64,000 nt of DNA. Origin: Nitrospirales bacterium (GTDB taxonomy: Bacteria > Nitrospirota > Nitrospiria > Nitrospirales > UBA8639). The notes below the pieces were generated by a model. The model saw only the letters and a program-made list of their open reading frames with translations. It was not told the DNA's origin and did no database searches. Positions 8,891 to 20,722 of the stretch are shown in pieces. The translations under genes and the position numbers were made by a program. Positions within the stretch are counted from its first letter, which is position 1. Every line of letters starts with the position of its first letter. The DNA lies in contig OY820905.2 of the NCBI GenBank assembly GCA_963555755.3, positions 2,656,001-2,720,000 of the forward strand. The letters are read 5' to 3'.

Positions 8891-10844
8891 ATGCTGGCGG
8901 CCCTGGGGACAGCGATTCCGTCAACGCGCGGTGGCGCGAGCCCCAAGCCCACGAGCCCGGCTCCACCCGATGACACCCCGGCTCCCTACGAACGCCGCCG
9001 TCCCGAAGAGACCACGCTCTACCAGGTGATCCAAGATCACGTCGACACCTTCCTGGCTCAAGTCGAACAGGAAACCGGAACAGGCCTGCCCCAGTTTGTC
9101 AAAGACGAGTTCGAGGCGTTTCTGGAAGGCGGGATCTGAGGGCTCGCGAAACAATACCTTCCCAGAATTCGCGCCCAGATTTGGGTTAGATTGAGTCGAT
9201 CTGAGGGAGCAAAACTGCAGGCGTAGCAACGCCCACGTGGAGGATTTTGCGAGTGAAGATCGGCTCAAGATGGCCTGAAGCTGGGATGCGAAAATGGGAA
9301 GGTATTGTTTCGCGAGCCCTGAGCGCACGGGGTTCTGCGCCTGCGATGTGGGGACCGCGCCCATGAGAAGCTGGTGGCCTTCTCCTGTAAACGCCGCGGG
9401 TTTTGCCCGGCCTGTGGCGCCAGACGCATGGCCGAGACTGCCGCCCATCTGGTGGAGCAGGTGATCCCTCACGTGCCCGTGCGCCAATGGGTGGTCTCGT
9501 GTCCTATCCCCTTGCGGCATCTGTTCGCGACCCAGCCGCAGCGGCTTTCCCCGGTGTTGCAAGTCATTCACCGCGCCCTCTCGACCTTCGTGATCCACCA
9601 CGCCGGCTTGACCCATGCCCAGGCGCAAACCGGCGCGGTGACCCTCATCCAACGCTTTGGCTCCGCCGCGAATCTCAACATTCATCTGCATTGCCTGATG
9701 CTCGATGGCGTCTATCGCCTCACCGACGGGGTCCCGATCTTTCAGCCCGTGCCGGCCCCTACCGCTGACCAGCTTCAGGCATTACTCACGCGGATCATCA
9801 CGCGGCTGCTGAAGATGCTCACGCGCCAAGGCGCGCTCATGGAAGAAGTCTCCGAGATTCCGTATCTGACCAATCCCGATGCCGATCCCGCCTTGGCCCC
9901 GCTGCAGGCAGCGGCTTGCACCTACCGCATTGCCCTTGGCCCCCGAGCCGGCCAAAAAGTGCTGACGTGGAAAGATCCATCATTGCGCCTGGCCAGTCAG
10001 GAGGCGCCACAATCAAAGGGCGGTGTCAGTGCGCAAGGGTTCAGTCTGCATGCGGACACATGGTGTGGTCCCCAGCCGCGACAACAACTCGAACAGCTCT
10101 GTCGCGACATCACCCGTCCGGCCTTGGGCCACAAACGCCTGCGCCGGACCCCAGCCGGCGAGGTCGTCCTCCAACTCAAAACGCCGTATCGCGATGGCAC
10201 CACCCATCTGGTGATGAGCCCGCTGGAATTCCTGCAACGCCTCGCGGCCCTCGTCCCGCGTCCCCGACTCCATCTCATTCGCTTCCATGGCGTGCTGGCG
10301 CCCAACGCGGCGCTGCGGTCCCAGATCGTGCCCGGCGAGGCCGATCAGGCGACGGACCCCGCCAATGAGGAGGGCGATTCCCTCGCTCCTTCAACACGAG
10401 CCCGCCTGAGTTGGGCCCAATGACTCAAACGCGTCTTCGCCATCGATATCACCACCTGCCCGCAGTGCGGCGGGCCATTGACCATCCTCGCGGCGATCGA
10501 GGATCCTGCGGTGATCATCAAGATTCTCACGCACCTGGGCTTGCCGAGCCGAGCCCCACCACGAGCCCCGGCCCGCCTCGACGCGTTCATGCAGACAGCC
10601 TAAGCTTCCACCTGGATTCCGGTTCGGGGCCCGAACCGACACCCCCTTTTTTTGCCCAGTTCCCCTTCGCACACGCCACAATGGTGCGTCATGCTGGGCC
10701 TGATCCATGGCAAAAGAGCCAGTCAGGCCCGTCGCGCAGGGTAATTCCTTCATGGCAGACTCTGGAGTTGGCAGATTGACCCCACAATGAGGTCTTTGGT
10801 ACTTTCCGGTTCAGTCAAAAAGGGCTTTTAAAATTCCTATTCCC
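8891..10844 (+). mobile_element. ISCR/IS91-like rolling-circle element copy 1 (transposase ~8891-10603 disrupted by a MITE and TGA stops)
   Basis: YERRRPE, SCKRRGFCPAC, QRFGSAANLNIHLH (HUH), YRDGTTH, LIRFHGVLAP, CPQCGG. The 3' end GGCTTTTAAAATTCCTATTCCC resembles ISCR oriIS. Confidence 0.9.
9140..9319. mobile_element. 180-bp MITE-like element inside the ISCR transposase
   Basis: Terminal IR GGGCTCGCGAAACAATACCTTCCC / GGGAAGGTATTGTTTCGCGAGCCC; TGA on both sides. Confidence 0.9.
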
Positions 10845-10846
10845 GA

Positions 10847-11146
10847 CACTCTCACGACTTCGACCACCTCACGGTCATCGGTCGTGGAGGTTTCAAAGTT
10901 GAACGTATCTTCGAGAACGGAAAGAAGCGAATCGACTTTGTTTATGCACCGTATATCGTCGAGGTTCCGCGAGGAGAAGCGCACAGCCTGGTCGCCCTGG
11001 AGGACAACTCACTGGCGTTCTGCATCGAGACAACGGTGATCGAGGGGAACGCGATTGATCGTGGAGAGGGAGATAGGAAAAATATGGGGTCAGATACCCA
11101 ACCTCTCACGAGTGCCGATTTAGAACTTCGTGGGATGCACTCATAG
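10847..11146 (+). pseudogene. 5'-truncated cupin-domain protein (phage-like)
   Basis: Manual translation HSHDFDHLTVIGRG...VEVPRGEAHSLVALEDNSLAFCI, beginning at the ISCR end. Confidence 0.65.
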
Positions 11147-11166
11147 GGAGAAAGGAAACTAGATTC

Positions 11167-11358
11167 ATGCCCGAGAACCAACCGGCCAGCGCCTTTGAAC
11201 AAGTAACAAGAGCAAATGTCCGGGACCTCAAGGACCGCGTTGAACGGATGGAGGATATTTTAGTTCATCTCAGAAACCGATTGCCCACCTGGGCCACATC
11301 CCTTATTGCTTTTTTATCGCTCTTTTTGGGCGCATGTGTGAGCTCGTATTTCAAATAA
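11167..11358 (+). CDS. Small coiled-coil plus TM protein (holin/XhlA-like candidate)
   Basis: 63 aa, C-terminal hydrophobic helix, AAGGA RBS. Confidence 0.5.
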   Translation: MPENQPASAFEQVTRANVRDLKDRVERMEDILVHLRNRLPTWATSLIAFLSLFLGACVSSYFK

Positions 11359-11555
11359 TGGAGAAATCCGTGAAAAAATTGTTGGGGCTCTTGTTGGTGT
11401 GTTTTCTGTTTAGTGGATGCACCGCGACCAAATACAAAACGGTGGACGTGAAAATAAAAAAAGGCTTCCTTACCGCACCGGGCTTGCAACTATCCGGCGA
11501 GGGATTGAAGTATCATAATATCCCCCGCCCCTGTCAGGCTCCTACCGAATCATGA
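11358..11555 (+). CDS. Small lipoprotein
   Basis: TAATG coupling; FSGC lipobox. Confidence 0.55.
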   Translation: MEKSVKKLLGLLLVCFLFSGCTATKYKTVDVKIKKGFLTAPGLQLSGEGLKYHNIPRPCQAPTES

Positions 11556-11818
11556 TTGCCTACTTTTTCTTAGTGGTGCTGTTTGCCGCCAATGGAGAAA
11601 TTAACGGTGTGGGAATGTCTCCTGTTTTTGAAGACGTGGGTAGTTGCCATAATGCGCGAGAAACGTTTTTGGCTCGCAACCCCCAAACGGTCCAGAAGCC
11701 GAATATCCGGTACGTAAGGCCCTGCACAGCATTCGACCTTCGCCACCTTCCACGCTGTATTGTGCCCCCCATCGCCAACCCGGAAGCCAGACGAAGAACG
11801 CCGGGTCGTCTAGGGTAA
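11552..11818 (+). CDS. Small secreted Cys-containing hypothetical protein
   Basis: ATGA overlap; hydrophobic N-terminus. Confidence 0.5.
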   Translation: MIAYFFLVVLFAANGEINGVGMSPVFEDVGSCHNARETFLARNPQTVQKPNIRYVRPCTAFDLRHLPRCIVPPIANPEARRRTPGRLG

Positions 11819-11921
11819 TCCCGTCCACTCTAGCCTCTCAAAGAAAACTACGTATACGCAAAAGCACCATGCCTAGGGCGTTTTGTCGCCTGAAATAATG
11901 TAAATTTTTTTGTCATACCCC

Positions 11922-11950
11922 TTGACAGTAACTACAAATGTAGTTATAAT
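11922..11950 (+). promoter_or_regulatory. Consensus sigma70 promoter with operator palindrome for the TA module
   Basis: TTGACA-17-TATAAT containing TAACTACA-AA-TGTAGTTA; ATG 6 nt downstream. Confidence 0.85.
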
Positions 11951-11956
11951 TACCTT

Positions 11957-12232
11957 ATGAATTTTGAATGGGATGAACAGAAACGGGAAGGCAATCTCAC
12001 CAAGCACGGGATTGATTTTGCATTGGCTGGTAAAATTTTCGACACTTCCACGGTTGAACGATTAGATGATAGGGACGACTATGGAGAAACGCGGTATATT
12101 GCTATCGGCCACACGGCAAAAGTATTTTTAGTTGTGGTCTACACCTGGCGCGGAGACACACGCCGGATCATCTCAGCATGGAGGGCTGGGCGCGATGAAG
12201 AAGAAACGTATCACCAAAATTTCACGGGCTGA
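11957..12232 (+). CDS. brnT: BrnT-family toxin
   Basis: MNFEWDEQK...N..KHGIDF...DYGETRY...RRIISA. Confidence 0.9.
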   Translation: MNFEWDEQKREGNLTKHGIDFALAGKIFDTSTVERLDDRDDYGETRYIAIGHTAKVFLVVVYTWRGDTRRIISAWRAGRDEEETYHQNFTG

Positions 12233-12479
12233 ATTGGAGAAGATGGAAGACCGGAGCAGGCCCGATGCTCCAATCGGGCCTAGTCTTGGAAAGGCCTTCT
12301 GGAAAAATGCCCAAGTGGTCTATCCTGAAGGTCCGAAGGCCCAAGTGACGGTCCGCGTGGATGGCGATGTGCTTCGATGGTTTAAGGCACAGGGGCGCGG
12401 GTATCAAACCCGGATCAATGCGGTTCTCCGGTCGTATTATGAGGCGAGTAAAGGGAAGAAAGCGCCTGCGAAAGTATAG
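12195..12479 (+). CDS. brnA: BrnA-family antitoxin
   Basis: KAQVTVRVDGDVLRWFKAQGRGYQTRINAVLR. Confidence 0.9.
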   Translation: MKKKRITKISRAELEKMEDRSRPDAPIGPSLGKAFWKNAQVVYPEGPKAQVTVRVDGDVLRWFKAQGRGYQTRINAVLRSYYEASKGKKAPAKV

Positions 12480-12488
12480 GTGTTTTAT

Positions 12489-12523
12489 GCCCCAGGATTC
12501 CTCGGAGTCTTGGGGCGTTTTTT
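12489..12523 (+). terminator. Intrinsic terminator
   Basis: GCCCCAGGATTCC-TC-GGAGTCTTGGGGC followed by a T-tract. Confidence 0.7.
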
Positions 12524-12555
12524 GTGCCAAAAATTATTTACACTTTTTGTAACTA

Positions 12556-13744
12556 GTGTAGTGTCCTAAACAGGTAGTGCATTAAGTGCGGCCTTCGCCC
12601 GGCGGACCTTTTTCAGAATTGTTTCCGCCGATTTCGTCCACACAAACGGTTTTGGGGCCGTATTGTTCTGGGCAATATGGTCACCAATCGCCGCTTCCAA
12701 TTCTTCCACGGACCGAAACACTCCGCGCCGGATCTGCTTGGCCGTGATGTTGGCGAAGAACCGTTCTACCAAATTCAGCCACGACGAACTGGTCGGGATA
12801 AAGTGGAAATGGACCCGCGGGTGCTTGGCAAGCCACGCCTGGACCTTCGCATGTTTATGCGTGGCATAATTATCCATGATAATGTGCAAGTCGACCGTCT
12901 TGTCCACGGTTCGATCAATCAGGGACAGAAACTTGAGAAATTCCTGATGCCGGTGTCGCGGCATACATTTGCCCAGAATCTGTCCGCTCAAGACATCCAG
13001 CGCCGCAAAGAGGGTACTCGTGCCATGGCGCTTATAATCGTGAGTCATCGTTCCACAGCGGCCCTTCTTCATCGGCAGGCCTGGCTGCGTACGATCCAAG
13101 GCCTGAATCGAACTCTTCTCGTCGACACACAGCACCACGGCTTTTTCGGGGGGATTCAAATAGAGCCCCACGACGTCGTGTAATTTCTCCTCAAACCGGG
13201 GGTCATTGCTGATTTTAAAGTGTTTCACCAGATGGGGCTTCAAGCCATGGGCTTTCCAGACGCGCTGGACGAAACTATGCTGACAGCCCACAGCCTGTGC
13301 CATGGATCGGGTGGACCAGTGGGTCGCGCCCTTGGGTTTGTCCTGGGTGGTGCGGCGAAGAATCTTCTGCCTCAGCCGCGTCTGGTCTTCCGTCTTCTTG
13401 CCGCCGTGGTTGGCTCCGCGCGGCGCATCTTTGAGGATGCCAGGGTATCCTTGCGCTGCATACCGATTGCGCCATCGCCCCACTTTATGCGGATCAATCC
13501 CCAGCACCAGACTAATCTCTTTGTTGGTATTCCCGGCTGCGGCAAGCAGAACAATCTTTGAGCGCTCCACCAATCGGACCGCACTGCGGCGACTTCGGGT
13601 ATGCCGTTGTAACTGCTGACGGTCCCCAGCTCTTAAGGTGATCGGCACGGCTTGACGCATACTCCCCTCCTCAACACGAGCATGAATAATATCGTGATGC
13701 TAGCAGAATGCGTTATAATATACAATCTATTTAGGACACTACAC
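12556..13744 (-). mobile_element. IS630-family element, intact transposase 12566-13660
   Basis: VDEKS, THDYKRHGT, IMDNYATHK, SSWLNLVERFF; TIR GTGTAGTGTCCTAAA; TA duplication. Confidence 0.95.
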
Positions 13745-13746
13745 TA

Positions 13747-15594
13747 GTGTCTGAGAGAAAACGCCGGTTTTTTCGGGCATGTTCCGGGATATTTTTTCCA
13801 CACCTCTCTTCGGCCTCCTCTGTCGTGCTCACGAACGGCTTTTCTCGTCCACCATTCGTGCCATGTCCTGGATGGGAGCCCTCCCCAGGACGTCGCAGTC
13901 GATTCGTGACAGAGGTCGCCCTCGGGTGCAGGATTCCTTCCGGCAGCTTGCAGCGCTAGGCCGCTTGCTTGAGTTGCGGCTTACGGCGTCGGTCGTGTTC
14001 CAGCAACCGATGGCCAATCTTGTGGAGATTGTACGCCAAGATCCCCAACCCGACGTAGCGCTGAAACCCCGCCCATCCTTTGTCAGGACACCGATTCAAC
14101 CCATGGTGTTCCAAGGCCTTGATGTCCGATTCAATCGCACTGTGCTGCTGCCGTAAGCGGCGAAAGGTCGGCTGCGTTTCCCGGGCCTGATCGGCTTGGG
14201 AACGCCGCCCTTTTTGGGGCATGATGACTTCGGGAATAAACAGCTCGAGGAGTTCGCGATCCTGTTGTGCGCTGAACCCCTTATCCACACTCCAACTCTG
14301 GATCTGGCCGTCCCCCAATCGGGCCAACAGCCGATCGGCGAGAGGCAGGGTTTCCTTCACATCACTGCTCTGGGTCATGATCTTATAGTCCAGGATCAAA
14401 CTATATTGATCCGTGGTGATGAGTAATTTATGGCCGAGTTCCACCGCCGGGGCGACTTTCCCCTTGTTGATCCATTCGGTATGCGGTTCAAACAGGGACA
14501 AGAGTTTGTCGGCAGGGGGAATCGTTTCGCCCTGCAGGACCCGTCGGTCGATAAGATCCAGATGCTTGATGAGCATCTCGTGATAGTATTCCACCTCGGC
14601 CAGGATGTTTTGCTCCAGTAGGGAGCAGGTCTGGGGCCGAAGAAGCAGTAGGCTGGCAAAGACTTTCTGCTCCACCGCGTAGGCTTTCTGCAGATAGGCC
14701 GTGACCGCCGCGTCGAGCCGCTCGCGCTTCTTGGCGCCCCCGCCATGGGAGATTGTCCCACAGGTTCGAAGCAAGGTCTTCAGTTGCTTCCGCCACGTGT
14801 AGGCCTTGCGCCACCCCGAGTGCTCCAGGTGCTGCGCCAGCCGCGGGAGCAAAACCAAACATTTCCGACAGGCATCCCACAGCAGATTCAAATCCGTGGG
14901 GAAATGGACGTTGGTCTCCAGCACGTAGGTATCACTTTTGGCGTGAATGGGCTCGTCGTCTTTTTTTTTAACCAGCGGCCGCCCGGCCTGGACCACAATA
15001 GCATTGATGGCCGCCAAGAAGGCCTCGTCGACGTGGCAGACAGTCTCACTCAACGTCTTTTGATGAAACCCTTTCCCAAACTCTCCACGGAAGGGGGACT
15101 CCAAACCCATGATGCGCCGGAGTAATGTGTCATAGTGAACCAGGTATTCCACCCGGTCATAGTCACAATCCAAGGCGAGGCGGACGACGCCCAGTACCAG
15201 AACATGCCAGAGGTCCATCCCCGGCCGTCCTGTCGCCGGCTTCTTCGTCCCCTGGATCTTCTGTTCCAGCAAGGCAAAGATTTGCTCATTGACGTCGGGG
15301 GTCTGAAAAATCCACTGGAGCCCCCGCAACACCGGCGGCAATTCATCTCGACTCTTCGGGGGAATGGGCACTTCCTCAATTGGGGTCTGCCCTAAGTCCA
15401 ACTGCCGTTCAAATCGTTGCCGCATCGTATCGATCCTCCCTCAACCAACACTGGGCACTCGGTGAATGTTGAGGCAGTTTACACGAAAAACAGGCTGTTT
15501 TCAGGGATTTCTCGCACATACCGTGAAAGATTCACAACCCAAAAACCGAGAAAACCCGCGTCACGCTTAGGCAATCCTGTTTTCTCTCAGACAC
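13747..15594 (-). mobile_element. ISNCY-type (ISDol1-like) element, transposase 13956-15425
   Basis: TIR GTGTCTGAGAGAAAAC / GTTTTCTCTCAGACAC; TAACTA duplicated at 12550 and 15595; ETNVHFPTD, DKGF and LEHHGL motifs. Confidence 0.85.
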
Positions 15595-16977
15595 TAACTA
15601 CTCAGGTGTGGTGAACTTTGTCGTTCAGCGTGTGGGCATAAAGGGGTGGCCGCACATGGCCTGTGAAATGGCTTGCAGGATGTTGCCGCCCTGCTTTCTC
15701 GCCGTCGAAAGATAGCCCCGTATGCGAGCGAACTGGATGGCGCCTGAAAGCGTTCGGAAACAGCCCGAGATTTTGAGGCGGAGCTTGATCATCCGGATAT
15801 CCTGTTCCGCCAGATTGTTGGTGAAAGGCACCTGGTTGTCATGAAAAAACGCCAGCACGGAGGCTTCATGCTCGCCCAGCCGGGCAAGGAGATTTTGGGC
15901 CTTGGTCTTTTGGGGCCGGCCTCGTGTCTTATGCCGAGGCGTGGCCGGCAGGGGGTTGGCCTGCCAACCGAGCGTGAGAAGATCTCGGTACTGTTTCAGC
16001 CACGGGGTTTTCTGTTCTCCAGTTAGCTGTGAGGGGTGCTTGCTGACACACTCGTTCATCTCAAGCAACAGATCAAACCTGCGTTTGGCCCATGGTTGGT
16101 CGTGCTGCTCGAACAGGCACGTCAGTTCACGCAAATGATGGGCGTTACAGAGGCCGTGGGCACAGTCATAGGTGAGAGAGGGTTTCCAGAAGTCGTGGAG
16201 CAGGTGGCCAGAAAAGTCCGGGATGATCTTGAACTCCTCGATCGCCGCTCGTCCCCGTTTTTCATGCACGCCGTAAAAGGTCAACGTGTCGGTGCTGGCG
16301 CTGTGGAGCCAGTGGAGTGTTCCGGCCGTGCGGACACCACTTTCATCGGCATGGAGAATTGGACTCTTGCCGAGAGCCTCGTTGACCGCCGTCTCAAACG
16401 GCGCGAGGTGCTCATCGCATCGACGGGTGGCGTCCACAATGGTGGCGTCGCTGACAGGGGCGCCATACAGGTCAGCCATCATTTGGCTGATGCGGCGCAA
16501 GGGGATCACCTGTTGGTTCTGGAGATAGACCAGGAGGCTGCGAAATCTGGGACCGTACTGTGCCGGCGCAGGCAGGTCATCAGGAAATGACGCCGTGACC
16601 GAGCGGCCGCATTGGGGGCAGGTTTTGCTTGCTCCCCGATATTCGGTGACGTCGAGTGTAGGTTCCGGCAGGTCAAAGAGCTGTCGGCGTTCATAGCCGA
16701 TGACCGTCTCGTTGGTGAGGTCGGCATGGCAGGAACAGGAGTGAACGGGCAGTGTGACACGGTGGGCTGGGTGTTCCACCTGCTTCAGAGTCTGGCCGGG
16801 ATGCCCCGTTTGGCCGCCCGGCTTTTTCCCGGACGGTGTGCGCAGGCTCGTGGTTCGGGGCTTGGCTGGTCCATCGGACGAGGGCGGCTTACTCCTGTTT
16901 CGACTGGTTGTGTCGAGCCGCTGCTTCAGGTCGGTGACTTGCGTGGTCAGCGCCTGCACCTGTTCCTTCAGCGCCAG
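15595..16977 (-). mobile_element. IS66-like transposase element, 5'-truncated by IS256
   Basis: SKPPSSD, KPGGQ.GH.G, LHADESG, CNAHHLREL, FTNNLAEQDIR; the terminus GTAACTACTCAGG is split between 12549 and 15595. Confidence 0.85.
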
Positions 16978-18289
16978 GGGGCTTGTCAAGTTAACTGTGT
17001 AACTGAATTGTGGGCTAGATTGTTGGCACTCGATCTCCTAAGAACATGGCGAATTGGTTGAGAGCCCGCTTCCAGTGCGGAATGGGCATCGTCCATTTCT
17101 GCGCAATCCGCTGCATCCCTAAATACCGCACCTTCAGAATTGATTCATCTGTCGGAAAGGCTCCCCGACTTTTCAGGACTTTGCGTAACGAAAAATTCAC
17201 CGATTCGATCGCATTGGTGGTATAGATGGCTTTCCTGCTTTCTGGGGGATAATCAAAAAAGATCGTGAGCCGACTCCAAGGCCGTCGCCACGTCGCACTG
17301 ATCGTCGGATATTTCGCATCCCACATGGCGGCAAATGTCTCCAACGCGCTTTCCGCCTCCGACAACGTCGCGGCGCCATAGATGGCTCGTCGCTCTTTCC
17401 ACACCACATACCGCAAGGATTGCCGTACCTTATGCACAATGCACAGTTGCACCTGGGTGTGTGGGAACACCGTCTCCAAGGCTTCTGGCAAGCCCCCACG
17501 CCCAGCAACGCAAGCCACAAAACAATCCCGGACCCCGCGCTGCTGGAGTTCGGTGAAGATCGACAGCCAGAACTTGGCCCCTTCGGTCTCACGGATCCAG
17601 CGCCCCAGGAGTGCTTTCTCTCCCTGTAGATTCACCCCTAAGGCCCCATACACGGCTTTATTCTTGACGACGCCCTCCTGCCGAGACTTCACACACAGAC
17701 AATCGAAGTACAGAATCGGATACACGGCATCTAAGGGCCGACGCTGCCAGAGGCGCACATCCTCCCACACCGCATCAGTGATGGCCGAAATGAGCGTGGG
17801 CGACACCTCCACGTCATAGAGTTCTTCCAGATGCCCTTGAATGTCGCGAGTCGTCAGCCCTCGGGCAGACAACGCCAGGACCTTCTCATCAAACCCTTCC
17901 ACGCGCCGTTGGCGTGTGGGCACCAACAGCGGCTCAAAGCTGCCTTGACGATCACGGGGCACCTGGAGCGGGAGATCCCCGTGGGCCGTCTGCACCGTTT
18001 TCGACGTGCTCCCATTGCGGGCATTGCCGGATCCACGGCCCTCAGGGGCATGAGGGGCATAGCCCCAATGCTCGGTCAGTTCTGCCCGCAGGGCGCGTTC
18101 TACGAGCCGTTTCGTGAGACGCTTCACCAGCCCATGTTTGCCGAATATGTCTTCGGGTGACGCACACCCTTCCCATAGCTCATCTAACAGCACATCGGTT
18201 TTGCTTGGGGTCTTGGCTCTGGTCATCAGTCCTCCTTCTTCAATGGATCCGTCATGATAACCAGTTACACAGTTTATCTTACAGGCCCC
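16978..18289 (-). mobile_element. IS256-family element (second isoform), degenerate transposase ~17015-18226
   Basis: TIR GGGGCTTGTCAAGTTAACTGTGTAACTG / CAGTTACACAGTTTATCTTACAGGCCCC; VPRDR.GSFEP, QLCIVH, IYTTNAIES. Confidence 0.9.
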
Positions 18290-18367
18290 TTCCCGACGAT
18301 TGTCCCGAAGCAGCACCTGCGCATTGCCGCCGTGGTCATCGCGGTGATACGCACTTATCCCACCTAA
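18290..18367 (+). pseudogene. lexA: 3' end of a second lexA copy
   Basis: Nearly identical to 8795-8872. Confidence 0.9.
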
Positions 18368-18385
18368 GCCCACGGCGCCCGAACG

Positions 18386-20329
18386 ATGCTGGCGGCCCTG
18401 GGGACAGCGATTCCGTCAACGCGCGGTGGCGCGTGCCCCAAGCCCGTCTCCACCCGCTGACACCCCGGCTCCCTACGAACGCCGCCGTCCCGAAGAGACC
18501 ACGCTCTACCAGGTGAGCCAAGATCACGTCGACACCTTCTTGGCCCAAGTCGAACAGGAAACGGGGTCGGGGCTGCCTCAGTTTGTCAAAGACGAGTTCG
18601 AGGCATTTCTGGAAGGCGGGATCTGAGGGCTCGCGAAACAATACCTTCCCAGAATTCGCGCCCAGATTTGGGGCAGATTGAGTCGAGCTGAGGGAGCAAA
18701 ACCGCAGGCGTAGCACCGCCCACGTGGAGGATTGTGCGAGTGAAGATCGGCTCAAGATGGCCTGAAGCTGGGATGCGAAAAGGGGAAGGTATTGTTTCGC
18801 GAGCCCTGAGCGCACGGGGTTCTGCGCCTGCGATGTGGGGACTGCGCCCATGAGAAGCTGGTGGCCTTCTCCTGTAACCGCCGCGGGTTTTGCCCGGCCT
18901 GTGGCGCCAGACGCATGGCCGAGACTGCCGCCCATCTGGTGGAGCAGGTGATCCCTCACGTGCCCGTGCGCCAATGGGTGGTCTCGTGTCCTATCCCCTT
19001 GCGGCATCTGTTCGCGACCCAGCCGCAGCGGCTTTCCCCGGTGTTGCAGGGCATCCACCGCGCCCTCTCGACCTTCGTGATCCACCACGCCGGCTTGCCC
19101 CATGCCCAGGCGCAAACCGGCGCGGTGCCCCGCATCCAACGCTTTGGCTCCGCCGCGACTCTCAACATTCATCTGCATTGCCGGATGCTCGATGGCGTCT
19201 ATCGCCTCACCGACGGGGTCCCGATCTTTCAGCCCGTGCCGGCCCCTACCGCTGACCAGCTTCAGGCATTACTCACGCGGATCATCACGCGGCTGCTGAA
19301 GATGCTCACGCGCCAAGGCGCGCTCATGGAAGAAGTCTCCGAGATTCCGTATCTGACCAATCCCGATGCCGATCCCGCCTTGGCCCCGCTGCAGGCAGCG
19401 GCTTGCACCTACCGCATTGCCCTTGGCCCCCGAGCCGGCCAAAAAGTGCTGACGTGGAAAGATCCATCATTGCGCCTGGCCAGTCAGGAGGCGCCACAAT
19501 CAAAGGGCGGTGTCAGTGCGCAAGGGTTCAGTCTGCATGCGGACACATGGTGTGGTCCCCAGCCGCGACAACAACTCGAACAGCTCTGTCGCGACATCAC
19601 CCGTCCGGCCTTGGGCCACAAACGCCTGCGCCGGACACCAGCCGGCGAGGTCGTCCTCCAACTCAAAACGCCGTATCGCGATGGCACCACCCATCTGGTG
19701 ATGAGCCCACTGGAATTCCTGCAACGCCTCGCGGCCCTCGTCCCGCGTCCCCGACTCCCTCTCATTCGCTTCCATGGCGTGCTGGCGCCCAACGCGGCGC
19801 TGCGGTCCCAGATCGTGCCCGGCGAGGCCGATCAGGCGACGGACCCCGCCAATGAGGAGGGCGATGCCCTCGCTCCTTCAACACGAGCCCGCCTAAACTG
19901 GGCGCAATGACTCAAACGTGTCTTCGCCATCGATATCACCACCTGCCCGCAGTGCGGCGGGCCATTGACCATCCTCGCGGCGATCGAGGATCCTGCGGTG
20001 ATCATCAAGATTCTCACGCACCTGGGCTTGCCGAGCCAAGCCCCACCACGAGCCCCGGCCCGCCTCGACGCGTTCATGCAGACAGCCTAAGCTTCCACCT
20101 GGATTCCGGTTCGGGGCCCGAACCGACACCCCCCCTTTGCCCAGTTCCCCTTCGCACACGCCACAATGGTGCGTCATGCTGGGCCTGATCCATGGCAAAA
20201 GAGCCAGTCAGGCCCGTCGCGCAGGGTCATTCCTTCATGGCAGACTCTGGAGTTGGCAGATTGACCCCACAATGAGGTCTTTGGTACTTTCCGGTTCAGT
20301 CAAAAAGGGCTTTTAAAATTCCTATTCCC
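18386..20329 (+). mobile_element. ISCR/IS91-like element copy 2 (pseudogene; same MITE at 18627-18806)
   Basis: Near-identical to 8891-10844 with the same oriIS-like end. Confidence 0.9.
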
Positions 20330-20478
20330 GGTAGCAGAATAATTTCCCACCGTAGGCAGACTTCCAGCATCTCCTCGCCGATGCCTAATCGAGCACAGAT
20401 TTCTTCTCGGCGCATCATGCCTTGTGTGATGATTTCTGCCGTGACTTGTTCCAGTGTGGGTGGGGATTCGTCATTCAT
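20330..20478 (-). pseudogene. cbpM: CbpM-like chaperone modulator, 3'-truncated by the ISCR end
   Basis: MerR-like REEICARLGI...LEVCLRWEII directly downstream of a DnaJ C-terminal fragment. Confidence 0.6.
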
Positions 20479-20722
20479 GGGTGGCCTCACGAAGAAGGGA
20501 TGAACGGGGATCAGGATGATCGAATTTAGCTAATTGTTCGTATAGATGGCGCTCTTCGGACGAAGGTGTTTGGGGTGTCATAATTTCCAGCACGACAAAT
20601 TGGTTGCCATGGCCCCCTGCTCGTTTGGGAAGCCCCTTTCCTTTTAAACGCATACGTTGTTGCGGTTGACTGCCGGGAGGAATTTTTAGTCGGACAGATC
20701 CGGATAGAGTGGGCACCTGTCC
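20471..20722 (-). pseudogene. cbpA: C-terminal fragment of DnaJ-class protein CbpA
   Basis: VPTLSGSVRLKIPPGSQ...MRLKGKGLP...GNQFVVL. Confidence 0.75.
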
